Shown in pieces: positions 40,771-52,720 of a DNA stretch of 64,000 nt; position 1 is the stretch's first letter; each line of letters begins with the position of its first letter. A model generated the notes under the pieces. That model was not told the DNA's origin, ran no database searches, and saw only the letters and a list, made by a program, of their open reading frames with translations. The position numbers and the translations under genes were made by a program. The DNA is taken from contig NC_045697.1 of assembly GCF_009834535.1 (NCBI RefSeq), positions 29,638,001 to 29,702,000 on the forward strand, written 5' to 3'. Source of the stretch: Camelus ferus (Eukaryota).

Positions 40771-41754
40771 GACACTGGGGTAAATGATCCTGCCTAAGCC
40801 CTCGGCTTCTTTCAGGGATTAAATGAAGAACAGTGTGTCAAGCATGTGGATACCATAAGCACTGAGTAGGTGACAGCTATTAGAATTACATCAAAATGCC
40901 TTTCCTCTAAATGTGTTTCAAATTTACCACTGGTTTTTCTGGTGGTGGGAAAAAAAGCCTTGCAAAAGATGCCAAGTTGTTTTTTTAATGATACTTTGTC
41001 AAGTCAGCTCATTTTAGGATACTGAAAAACATCAAATTGCAAGGTATAATGTGAAGAAAGGAAATGCTTCTAAAATTAACACACTACACCTTTTTTCACT
41101 CTGAGATAAATCTACACTCATCATCAGTATATTCTCACTCCCCTCTGCAGCCTTCATTGTTGCCTTCTCTTTCAAAATCCTGGTGATTACTATTACAAAG
41201 ACACTCACTCCCTTTTCAGACACCAAGGACTCTACTGATAACTTTCATGAAAGTGAGTTTTAACTATGGCCAAAATTTCGTTTGCTTTAAAAACACAAAA
41301 AACTTGCTTCCATCTCAACTATAATAAAAGTAGGATAAATCACAGCTATCCCGAAGCAGTCCTTGTTCATAGGAGGATTTAAAATCATTTACAATTGTAG
41401 TTGAATGAAAAGATAAAAATGGGGGATAGAAACACCCAAAGTGATCATTTTTTCAAGAGATGTTTCACTATAATAACAGCTAAATTCTCCTGGGCCCAAG
41501 CAATATACTCAGGTAAAGGACAGAAGGAACAAACACTGGGATTTCTAGGGGATAACTGGACAGATTCCCATTCACCAGAAGAGAAACGAGAATTCAAGAG
41601 CATGTTGTTTCCTTAGAGGAAAACTACACTTTAAAGAACTTGGCTCTAGAAAATGTCTCCACTGAAATGGCTACTTTCCATATCAGACTATACGCAGTAA
41701 TACCCAGCAGCTGCATGCAAAGCCCACTCGGTTATTCAAAGATAGGCAAAGATG

Positions 41755-42295
41755 TGGAGGGGAGGAAAGACTTTCCTTCTACCCTCCTAGGTTTAATAAA
41801 TACATATTTAATAATAAATATGACACAAACTGGGAACAGGCAGATTAACAGGAGAAAAGGTATACAAATTTATTAATTTTTAATATTATACACATAGGGA
41901 GATCAGAGGAAAAATACAGTTCCCAAAAAAGCAGTGAGATTTGAGAGCTTATATACCATCTTAATACGGGAAGGGGAGGGAGGGATGTCAGCCTCTCAGG
42001 GGAGAGTAAATGATTTTTAAGAAAGAAGAATGGACCCTTAGAAGAATAGATGGGAGATATGACAGTTTGTTATGGAGTCTGTCTGGGTGTGGCTTGCATG
42101 CGTGAAGAGGCATCTTCCCTGGCTGCTGCAACTTCCCGGAAGGGGATTTATGACAATTGAGTTCCTTTTGAAGCATTTGTCTTTAGGTAGATAAGGGGAG
42201 TTTGGAGAAAGCCTCTTACTGCATTTGCTGCTTTTCAAGAGCCTTACGTTTAAAACAATCAAAATAGCATAGGTGGCATGTCTACAAGTCCTTCA
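41755..42295 (-). mobile_element. ERV1 solo LTR, MER34-like (copy 1)
   Basis: Minus-strand start tgaagg...catgccacc resembles MER34-group LTRs. Candidate 4-bp TSD gatg (41751-41754 / 42296-42299). Homologous to 45199-45788. Confidence 0.8.
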
Positions 42296-42554
42296 GATGA
42301 AAGCATGAGCCCTATGTTCAGTCATGCGATAAACAGATTCATGGCACACACATACGTCTGATACTTTGAATCTCATGAAAGCTAAGAACCTTCCCAGGGG
42401 GAAAAACGTTTATACAGAAGAAGCTCTCTTAACTGATCTCCCCTTTAACCAACTTGCCAGATTAACCAGCACATCCCATTCCGTCTATAGAGCATAATAA
42501 CTAATGTTTCAGAACACCAGCAGCTCACAACTAGTAGGAGACGCTACCTGGGCC

Positions 42555-43623
42555 CAGGGCTCCTCCAAGTGTGGTCCAGAGATATAGATGCCAGTCTGCA
42601 AACCATTTGTTACCAGCTGTCCAGGAAATGGAGAGTGAGCATTTAGAAACATCGGTAGCCATCAGACACGGCTGTCACAACCAAGAGCATGAACAGCAGA
42701 CTCATCTCAGTGACCAGTTCTGGTAGTTAGTGTTCATCTTGTGAGGTGAGCCATATGTGGTACCAGCTGCCTGCCGGTTAAGGGCTATGGAACCAGGTGA
42801 TCACAAGCAATAGTTTAAGGTTACTTTGTCAACTGTAATGCACATGCATTAAAATCTGAATTCTCTTTTTTTTCATCAAAAGATCATTTAAATTTGACCA
42901 TAAATTTAAAGAACAAGTTGGAATTGGCTACTGAGGAAGAACTGAAGGTAAATTTTGACACTAGAGAATCACTTGCTTCATTTTGGAGAAAAGTAAAAAA
43001 AAAAAAAAAAAAAAAAAGAAGATCTTGAGCTTGCTGAAATTGCTTCCTCTTTTTCCGTACTCATCAACATCCCTCTACAAGGCCAGTTCTTCTACCAAGA
43101 GTGTTATTAAAACAAAACCATAACCAGTTTAGATATACATTAAACATTAACCTTGGGAGTAGCTGTCACTAACCCAGCCTAGAGTAGATAGGTTAACAAG
43201 CAAGAAGCAAGTTCATTTGTGACACCAAAAATCTTAGACATTGACATACATAGAGTTTGTTAAAATTACACATAGGATATTTAATATGGATAATCTCCAT
43301 TTTACTCATAAGTTTTTCTTTAGCTATAACTGGGTTAACAAATTAACAAGAGTAATAGTGATTCTTTACGTGAACTGCCTATATGCAAGCTTTTAAAGAA
43401 CATGTATAGATTTTGTAATTTTTTTCCTTATATTTGTTGTTTATAGTACTGAAAATGTAATTTTATTTATGTTGTTTCTAAAATGTTAAAAAAAATTAAG
43501 GCTTGCAATATTACATGTCTTTTTTATTTCTTTTCTTCTTCTTTTTTAAATAAAAGTACAGGTCCATGACAGATTGAAAATAAAAAGACTAGACCTTCAC
43601 CAGACACAGGTTAATAAACAGTG
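42555..43623 (+). mobile_element. hAT Charlie/Buster-type DNA transposon with decayed transposase C-terminus
   Basis: 42906-43225 reads LELATEEELKVNF...SLASFWRKV...ELAEIA...SVIKTK...QPRVDRLTSKKQVHL, a hAT dimerisation domain with stops and frameshifts. Degenerate cag...gtg termini. Confidence 0.85.
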
Positions 43624-43649
43624 ATCTGCTCCCACCAATGAAGCTGTAT

Positions 43650-44170
43650 CCTTCTCTAGGGTTAGATGTATTTACTTCTATTTATGCCAGTTATTCTCAC
43701 AATTTAATTTAATTGTATATAAACACATAGTAAATTATATATAAACACATAAAATATGAGTTCAGAAAAAAATGTTTCTATGAAAATCAAGTTGAATATC
43801 TGAATACTATGGAATAACTTAATAAAAGAGAAAAACTAAAATAACTGCTATTATATTAGGGATGAAGAGGAAATGGCAAAGGATGGGGAGTCAAATCAGA
43901 AAAATCTAGAAGGATTCGACACTTAGTTCCTATAACCCTTTAAAGCAACCCAAACTGAAAACCAGGTAGACCAGGCATCACAGGTTACGGTTTATGTGCA
44001 AAAAACATCATGGAAAACACTTATCAGGCCCTGGCTCAGAAATTAGCAAGTGGATGTACATTTCCATGTTTGATTTTAAAATAAAATGTTTAAGATAGAA
44101 AGTAACATTTTTTTATACTTCTCCACTTCAACTGAGCAGCTGCTGGTCATGATAATCCCAGATAAGAGAG
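43650..44170 (+). mobile_element. Tigger (Tigger15-like) fossil with decayed HTH/CENP-B N-terminus
   Basis: gtttctatgaaaatcaagttgaat (VSMKIKLN), aaaaatctagaaggattc (KNLEGF), cccaaactgaaa (PKLK), tcaggccc (SGP). Confidence 0.65.
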
Positions 44171-44640
44171 CTTATCCTATAAACACAAAATTCTGCACAG
44201 AATATTCAAGAGATTCTGGCCTCCTGGCTCTCTTACTGAGATATAACTGGTAGATGATAAAACAGGGACAAAAGACCTGTTATAGAAAGACTAACACCAA
44301 TCACAAAAAGCATAAGGAATCCAAAAAGAGCTTCTAATCATATAATAAGAAAGTGAAACAATTTGTGAAACTGCAAAGCATATGTCTCTTTTTTAGAAAC
44401 ATATCCACACCCAATTCCTACAGAGAATGTGCTTTTTAGCAGTTAACAGCATTAACCAAACAAAAGCAGAGTCCTCGGGGGACTTTTTCCCGAAGGTCAA
44501 GAACAAATGCAGAATCAAAAAGTAATTATAAAAAGTCATTTATGAGACAGTACAAAACATTTTCTCTTACTATCAGTACAAAAAATTGTTTTGAGCCATA
44601 AACCAAACCAATTCAAAGTCAATGGTTTAGTTTCATTCTG

Positions 44641-44806
44641 TTTGTATTTTTTCTTTATTTGGGGGGGGTATTAAGGTTTGTTTGTTTGTTTGTTTGTTTG
44701 TTTGTTTATTTATTTATTTATTTATTTATGATGGAGGTACTGGGGATTAAACCAGGACCTTGCGCATGCTAAGCGTGCACTCTACCAATGAGCTATACCC
44801 TCCCCC
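44641..44806 (-). mobile_element. tRNA-derived camelid SINE (Vic-1-like)
   Basis: Minus strand gggggagggtatagctcattggtagagtgcacgcttagcatgcgcaaggtcctggtttaatccccagtacctcc plus (AAAT)n(AAAC)n. TSD ttagtttcattctg (44627-44640) / ttagtttaattctg (44808-44821). Confidence 0.92.
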
Positions 44807-45198
44807 ATTAGTTTAATTCTGAATTCAGACTTTTTGTAGCATATCCATCTTGGCCCACAGCTCAGGATTAAAGTTTTTATTTAGTGTTAGGAAAAATAAG
44901 AAAAACAAATGAAAACTACAACAGTGTGATGAGGGAAATTAACATCAGAAGTCTCTGTTAATAAAGCATTCTGGGTTGACAAAAACTAAAATTACAGGAA
45001 AAAAAAGATTTTAAGATTGAAGTATTACCTAAATTGAAATAATCTGAACACAAACTCACTTTGAATAGTCCTACCCTCACTTCAAAGCAATGGGACATGG
45101 CTGAATTTATACAAAATTCCACTGTCAATTATATTACACAAATGAAATAGAATGTAAATAATATTAAAAAAGAAAGAAAGAAGGACCACAGAAACATG

Positions 45199-45788
45199 TA
45201 TGGGAGGAAAAAATAACTTTCCCTCTACCCTTCTGAGTTCTTAGCTGAAACCCTTGTAATAAAAGACAGATCAACAAGAGAAAAAACTACAGAAGCTTAT
45301 TAACATGTATACCTTGTATACATGGAAGACACCCAGGGGAAAATGAGTAACTCAAAGAGGTGGCTTAGAATTCAGACTCAAATACCATCATAATAGGGCA
45401 GGGGAAGGGAACGGATGTCTACCTCTTAGCAGAAAGTAAATGATTTTTAGGAAAGATGAATGGGCCCTTAGAAGAACCAATGAGACATGACAGTTTGTAA
45501 CAAAGTCTGTGTGGGGGTGGTGTCGGCTCATAGTCTCCTCTCCTGATGGGAGTCAATCTTCCCTGGTTGATAAAACTCCCGGGTGGGGATCTATGACAAC
45601 TGAGTTCTTTCTGGGGGACCTGTCTTCAGGCACATAAGGGGAGTTCAAACAAAGCCTCTTCCTGAATTTGTTATTTTTCAAGTGCTTACAGCTCAAAATA
45701 ATCAACATATCAAAGTGGCATATTCTGAGGTGACATGTCCTGAACTCCTACAGTCGAAGCTAGGGGTGGCATATGCTGCTACCCTGCA
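45199..45788 (-). mobile_element. ERV1 solo LTR, MER34-like (copy 2)
   Basis: Minus strand cagaatatgccactttgatatgttgattattttgagctg. Candidate TSD catg (45195-45198 / 45789-45792). Confidence 0.82.
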
Positions 45789-46404
45789 CATGCAAAGCCT
45801 AACCAGGCTGTGGGGGACACTAGGCTGATGCGTCCTGCCCTCCAATTCTGGCTCAGGCAGTAATCAGCACCATGACCCTGTCTGCCTTAATTTGGGGGTC
45901 CCCATCTGTGAACTCAGGGAGTCAGCTATGCACACACTACAGGTGCTACTCACACTAAGATTCTGTTGTGCTGAAACTAAACACACAAGTGACACTGACT
46001 GAAGTTCTTATGGGCAATGAAAGGCAAGAGGCAAACATCAGATCTACTACAGTGACAGGTCTGAACGCTCATCCACTTGGCTGAGTTATTCTGATTATGA
46101 AACGAAAGGAAAGATGGGGAGACATGCAGCCCAGAAAGCAATGTCAAGGACTACCAAACTTTTATAATTCCTCCTGGCAAAATGAATAAAACCACAGTAT
46201 AAATTTGTAAAAGATTTTTGCATTAAAATAGGTTTTCTTCCTAATTTTGTAATTAGCAAAAATTTACTTTAAAAAAAAAAACAAGACGGAAATATATAGA
46301 GACAAGGGATTCACAGTGGTTATTTAAAGGTTGCTTTACTGGTATCTTTATCTTCTCTCACAGAATGTTAAATTAATTCTTTCTTTTTAAGTGAAAAGGT
46401 GATA

Positions 46405-46635
46405 ATGAAGTGATTAAGAACATACACTTGGAAGTATGTGGCCTGGGGCCAAGTCCCACTTACCAGCTGTATACCCTTGAGCAAGTTTCAGCTTCCTCAT
46501 CTGTAAAATGAGGATAACATGGTCTCAGCACCTCATGTGGTGGCTGAGAGTTAACAGACGTTACTGTGTATAAGGCACTAAGCGCAGTGTCTCTGGCACA
46601 TGGAAGAACCTATGTAAGTGTTCACTAATATTTTA
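46405..46635 (+). mobile_element. MIR
   Basis: cagcttcctcatctgtaaaatgaggataa core. Confidence 0.85.
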
Positions 46636-46839
46636 TGGTAACTTCGTGTTTGAATAAAAATCAATGCTCAGTAATATACCAAATGAAAACCAAATAAACA
46701 TCAAGACCCTAGAAAACCTTACATACAAGCATCAACATTAAACACTTAAAATATTAAAATAATTCCAAGAATATAAGGACATACGTATGTCCTAGGACAC
46801 ATAAATGATATAGATGGCAGTAGCTTCATTTAACTATCT

Positions 46840-47170
46840 TCCCAGACTCCAATCCTTCATCAATCCATCCTATCCACTAGATTAAACTTCCTAAAAGCAA
46901 TGTTGGGTTTAAGTCACTCCCTACAAAAACCTTAATGACTCCACATAGTACAGGGTAACCCCCAAGCCCCAGAACCGGACTAAATGAGCCACTAGCACAC
47001 TGTACTTCGAGGTACTTATAACAGTTTGTAATTACATACCTGAGTGGTTGTTTGGTTAATACCTTTCTCACCACTACAACGAAAGCCCAGGAGGTAAGGC
47101 CTGCACTGAACCCACCACTATCACAGGCATGGCCTACTGCAGGTGTTCAGTAAGTATTTGATGGATGAAT
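46840..47170 (+). mobile_element. L2 3' end
   Basis: gtcactccctacaaaaaccttaatgactcc...gtaagtatttgatggatgaat. Confidence 0.7.
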
Positions 47171-47219
47171 AACCCTCATCATCCATCAAGGTTCACAGAA
47201 ACACCTCATAGGTGTGACC

Positions 47220-47400
47220 CTTCACAGTCTGCAAAACACTTGTATAAATTTCCTCATCTGAGCCTCACAGTAAGCCTTCAGAAAAGGCAAAGCAAATGAG
47301 AAAACCAAGGCCTAAAAATTCACAGCTACCCAAGATCATATTTTGAGTAAGTGGCAAAGAACCAAAGTGTGTTGACTTCTAGTCTGGGGTTCCTTCCAGA
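47220..47400 (-). mobile_element. MIR
   Basis: caaatgagaaaaccaaggc...cccaagatcata...gtaagtggcaaag. Confidence 0.6.
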
Positions 47401-47852
47401 ACATTCTCCTGCCTGAGTTAAACCCAATACAGCATACTAAGGCTTTGGCCTGGCCGTGGATTTCCCAGCCTCTGCACTTTTTACTCTTCTACCCACCTAG
47501 AACTACCCACTACCTTTTTTTGCTTCTCATTCATTAAACAAATATTTATTAAGGACTGGGATTGACGGGCAAACCCTCCTCCTTTCTTTAGGGCCCACTA
47601 CTGTGTCATATATATGCCACTTCTATGTTCTGAGTGAACAGCTGTGTATTTACTCAACAAAAAGGTTTTCACCATATAGACATTTATTTGTTTTTTCAAT
47701 GTAATAGTGAGCACCTATTAAGTGTCATACTGTGTGAGGTTCCAATGAGAACCACACGGTTAGAATACTGGTGTCTTAGTGGTTTGAAAAACTACTGAAG
47801 TTTCTAGAAGAGAATAACGATGTAGATCAGCCTCCCTTAAAAAGCAACATAA

Positions 47853-48545
47853 AGCCACTATGGAGGACAGTATGGGGGTTCCTTAAAAAGCTAAAAATAA
47901 ACTTACCATATGATCCAGCAATCCCACTCCTGGGTATACATCCAGAGAAAAATATAATCGAAAAGACACATGTACCCCAAGGTTCACAGCAGCACTATTT
48001 ACAGTAGCCAAGACACAGAAACAACCTAAATGTCCATCGACAGGTGACTGGATAAAGACGATGTGGTGTGTGTATATATATATATATATACACACACACA
48101 TATATATACATATATATACATACATACACAATGGAATACTACTCAGCCATAAAAAAATAAAATGCCATTTGCAGCAACATGGATAGACCTGGAGATCATC
48201 ATTCTAAGTGAAGTAAGCCAGAAAGAGAAAAAAATACCATATGATATCACTCATATGTGGAATATTAAAAAAAAAAAAAAAAGACACAAATGAACTTATT
48301 TACAAAACAGAAACAGACTCACAGACATAGAGAACAGACTAATGGTTACCAAGGGTAAAGGGATTGGGAAGGGATAAATTGGGAGTTTGAAATTTGCACC
48401 TTTTGGGGAGTGATGGAAATTTTATGTATCTTGATTGTGGCAGTGGTTTCATAGTGTATACATCTATCAAAATTCATCAAATTGTGCATCTGAAATATGT
48501 GTAGTTTACTGTACAGAAATTATACTGCAATAAAGTTTAAAAAAA
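47853..48545 (+). mobile_element. Composite L1 insertion: young ORF2 end/3' UTR (to about 48398) + L1MB/ME-type terminus + poly(A)
   Basis: Reads [14 protein letters not shown], and its 3' UTR matches about 4590-5080. A different 3' end follows, with AATAAA and poly(A). TSD aaaaagcaacataa (47839-47852) / aaaaagcaatataa (48546-48559). Confidence 0.88.
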
Positions 48546-51500
48546 AAAAAGCAATATAATTGCTGTCGTTCACACAGCCTGAGATGTCCCAGGTACCTTA
48601 ATTAGGAAGTAAAGCAACCACTAATACCCACCAAAATAATAAAGCCTTCATCAATTTTTATATCATTTTAAAAGAGAATATAGGTCAAATGTATCTACCA
48701 TTATTTTTTGAAAAGAGATCCACACAATACCATCCACAAGCGAGCACTCCCAGGCCTACCCCACCAAAATGACTTGTGTCCATCAGGTCTGTTAAATAGT
48801 TAATGGCCCTTCTCAAACTTGTTGGCTCAAAAGCACACATAATTAAAATGGAAACAACAGATTCTGGAATCCTATTCCTCTGAATTACTAGCACAGGACC
48901 ACAACTCTAAATACTGCAGCAATAAACCTGCAATAATCCTCATGAAATATAGTATCAATTAAATGTTGGTGCAAGAAATGTAATGCAGAATTACTGCCGT
49001 ATTAACACTCCCCAAAGATAAATCACCAAAGACTTTAAACAAGTGAAAATCAATTCTATGAATATTTAACACAGCTGGCTTTATTTAAAATTTCCCCTAG
49101 CAGACATACGCTGGCATGGAAAAGAGCTACAAAGGGTTAACAATGCTAGATTATATGTGAATTCAGAAGGAAGACAGCAGCCTGGGAAGCTTCCTTATCT
49201 TGGAAATGACAATACTTTACAGCCTCAGGGGAAAAGCATACAAAAAACAGTGTCCCACATGTTAACTCATTACAGGATTTAATAGAAACGATACTCCGCT
49301 TTCTTTCCCACCTAAATTTCGTTGCTGAATTTAAGAGGCCAATCTCAGATAAGACAAAAAGGCAAGCTGCAAGAACAAAAAAATAAGAGTGGAATGGGCA
49401 AAAACCTGAGAAATCATTGGCCTCCAGGGCCAAGGTCTGGGTCCGTGAAGAACTTCCCTCAGCAGAAAGCTGCACATCTGCCTCCACCTCACCATCTCCT
49501 ACAGGAACACAACTGCTTTCACTGCGGTCCCATGGGTCTCAAACAGGCCTAAATAAACCTGCAGGATGGGGGGGTTGTGCTTGTCTGCTTGCCGGAGGGT
49601 CTCTAAAAGTAAGAGTGAAACTCACCCAGGTGTTTTCTTCTACCTTTCAACGGACCGAAAGGCCTCCCCACCCTCCTTTCCCGATCACTCTGCCTTTCCC
49701 ACACCTTGATCATCTACGAGGCAGTGATTCCAAAATCCTGCAGAGAAGCCACAACCAGCCTCAAGGAGCCTCATTAGGAAGAACTTCCCTTTTATTAAAT
49801 CTTCCATTGTGCAGTTTAATTCCACTTCCTTTTTTTTTTTTTTTCTCTGTGAACCAGTGGAAGGGAGTAAATCCCTGAAAGAAAAAAATCCCTTTCATCT
49901 CACAGAAACAATCCCATTTGTGAATTCTGTGAGTTAACAGAATAGGTGTGTCCTTCAAAGGAGGGAGGACATCTGTGATCAAATTGAATTCTATCATTTA
50001 TATTTAAAAGATTCAGACCTAATACGGCCTTGTAGAAACAAAACATTTAATATCTCTTTTGGTTCTGAAATTGTACAGGTCTCCCTGAAAGTTTCACCTG
50101 TATTCATCCCCAACAGGTGTACAGCACTTTTCCTGATGGTCTCACTGAGCCACTGAAGGGATGCAGACACAACCCACGGCCCTTCTGTTTCCCTCCACTC
50201 TTTCAGTTGCCCTTCTGGGTCTTCTGCTCCCTCACCTTGGTAGACTGGGAAAATGCCAGGAGATCAAACTCAAGTCTGTTCATTACACTTTGCTCATAAC
50301 TCTTGATTTTAAGATATGGGAAGGAGGAAATTGAGATGCTACTAATACTGTTTTAGGATGTAAATTATCCTGAGGGCTAATTATGTACAATTCCTTCATT
50401 TTCTTTATTCAAGCAAGTGAATCCCAGATAAATTTCCTTTTAGGTCGAATTTTTCTTCCCTTGTAACTTTATGACTAATCCTATATACCCCTAACAACTG
50501 CCTTACTCACCCCTCAAGAACTCAGTATTACTATATTATCCTGTTAGGAGGAAAGGAGCTAAAACCTGTCTGAGGGAGCTAACATTACAGACTTTGGCAT
50601 CAAGTTGTTACTATTGGGCCGGTTTAAAGTTAAATTACCCAGTAAAAGAAAAGGGGAGGGAGTCTGAGACGCACCTGACCTCCATTCGAGGTCATATAAA
50701 AGTTTCCCACCTCTAGCTATCTAGCTATTCTACCTCTCTGGGACAAACATGGGTCCCACCCTCAGCAAGCTAGTAATACAATGAAGAGCTGCCTACATCT
50801 GTAGTCTCTACTTTCTCTCTTCCCATTGATTCACTCCAATCAGGCTTTTACATCCCTATCGTTCTATCAAACTGCTCTTGTCAAAGTCACCAATGACCTC
50901 CATGTTGCTGAAGCCAGTGGTCAGACTGAATCCTCACTCTACTGGATGATTACTCTGTCTTAAAACACATTCATTATATACATGCCTTCTGAACTGCCCC
51001 CCCCACCCCGCTTCTTTGGGTTCACTTCCTACCTCACTGACTCCCCCTTCTTGGGTTTTCTTAGCTGGTCCCTTCTCACATTTGAACTCTGGAGTTCAGA
51101 ATTTCTCATATATCCAATTTGCCTGCTCAGTATGTCCACATGAGTGTCTAACAGGTATCATGATGTACTAAAACCAAATTCCTAAATCAGATTCCTACTT
51201 TACCTCCTAACCAGCTCCTCCCAAAACCTTGCCCCATCTCAGGAAATGGCAAATCCATTCTTCCAGCTGCTCAGGAGCCATCCTTGCCTCTGCATTCATG
51301 CTCGCTCGTGCCTTGCATACATTCTCATGTTCTCTCTCTCTCTCTTTCTCACACACACACACACACACACACACCCCTAATCTAATAGGAAATCAGCTCT
51401 ATCTTCTATCTGGAACGTGACCACTCACTACTGCCCACCCCTAGTGCCCTGGCACAGCAACCATCATCTCCCGCCTAGATTACAGCAATGGCTCTCCCTG

Positions 51501-51593
51501 CATTCTAATCTCCACAAAACAGAATGGTCTGTTGTAAAACATCGACCAGATTATATTATTAATCTGTTCAAAACCTTCTAACGGCTTCCCACC

Positions 51594-52027
51594 TGTCATG
51601 GGTCAAACTGTGTCCCCCGAGAATTCATATGTTGGAGTCCTAACCCCTAGTACCTCAGAATGTGACCTTATTTGGAAATGGGGTCGTTGCAGATGTAGTC
51701 AGGTCATTAGGGTGAGCCCTAATCCAGTATGACTGGTGTCCTTATAAGAAGGGGAAATTTGGACACACACACACACACAGGGAGAACACCATGTGAAAAT
51801 GAATGCTGAGACCTGCAAGCCAATGACCACCAAATATTGCCCGCCAAGCACCAAAAGCTAGGAGAGAGAGATGGAACAGAGTCTCTCTCACAACCATTAG
51901 AAAGAACCAACCCTACCAATACCCGGACCACAGGCTTATAACATCCAGAACTGTGACACAATGTATTTCTGCTGTTTTGCCACCCAGTTTGGGGTCCTCT
52001 GCTATGGGAGCCCTAGCAAAGAGTACA
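51594..52027 (+). mobile_element. MaLR solo LTR (MLT1B/C-like)
   Basis: TG...CA ends, tcctaacccctagtacctcagaatgtgacctta, and an exact 5-bp TSD ccacc (51589-51593 / 52028-52032). Confidence 0.95.
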
Positions 52028-52334
52028 CCACCTCAAGCAGAATAAAAGGTGAACTCCCTGCAGTGGCCCAAAGGCCCCACATGACTGTACCCAGACTCAC
52101 ACGCTGCCCGCCCCCCACCCCATCATCCCCTCAAGAGGCCAGGCACACTCCTCCGCAGGGCCTTTGCTCTGGCTCTTCCCGCAGCCCAGTCTGCGCTGCC
52201 CGGGGGCCTTCAATTCCGTTAGATCTGTTTAAATACCTCCCTAAGACCTTCTCCTCCCTTAGACACGCTCCACTGCCCTACCCACCTTTATCTTTCCCCA
52301 TCATTGTGTCACCTCCAGATAATTAAACACTTAC

Positions 52335-52720
52335 TGTTAGGCCAGCAGATCCACTGCTAAGACTTGCTGCGCAGCTGCAGGTGGACCCGCCCCAGGTCGG
52401 CCTTAGCTGCGGAGAGCTTCCTGCCGGAGGCCACGCCCTGCCGGAGGCCACGCCCTTCCGAGGCAGCTGCACCTGGTAACACACCTGAAAGGAGTCAAGT
52501 CACCACTCAGTGCGGGAACCTCTGCCAGGTAATCCATGCTCGCTCCAAAGCACTCTGGCATGTTGGTGGAAGCTCTGTAAAATCTGCATCACGGTTCAAC
52601 TTCTTCCTCTGCCCAATCCTGCTTCCGCCCCCTTCTGCTCACCCTGTCGATCCCAAATAAACATCGTGTTCCCCAAACTCCATCTCAGCATCTGCTTCGA
52701 GAGAACCCAACCCTCAGACA
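52335..52720 (+). mobile_element. ERVL solo LTR, LTR16-like
   Basis: ctctgcccaatcctgcttcc...aataaa...ctccatctcagcatctgcttc...aacccaacc..agaca, with TSD cttac / cttaa. Confidence 0.85.

Noticed and set aside
41755..45788. Provirus bounded by two same-orientation LTRs
   Set aside because: The LTRs differ substantially, each has its own candidate TSD, and the interval holds Charlie/Tigger fossils and a SINE rather than gag/pol/env.
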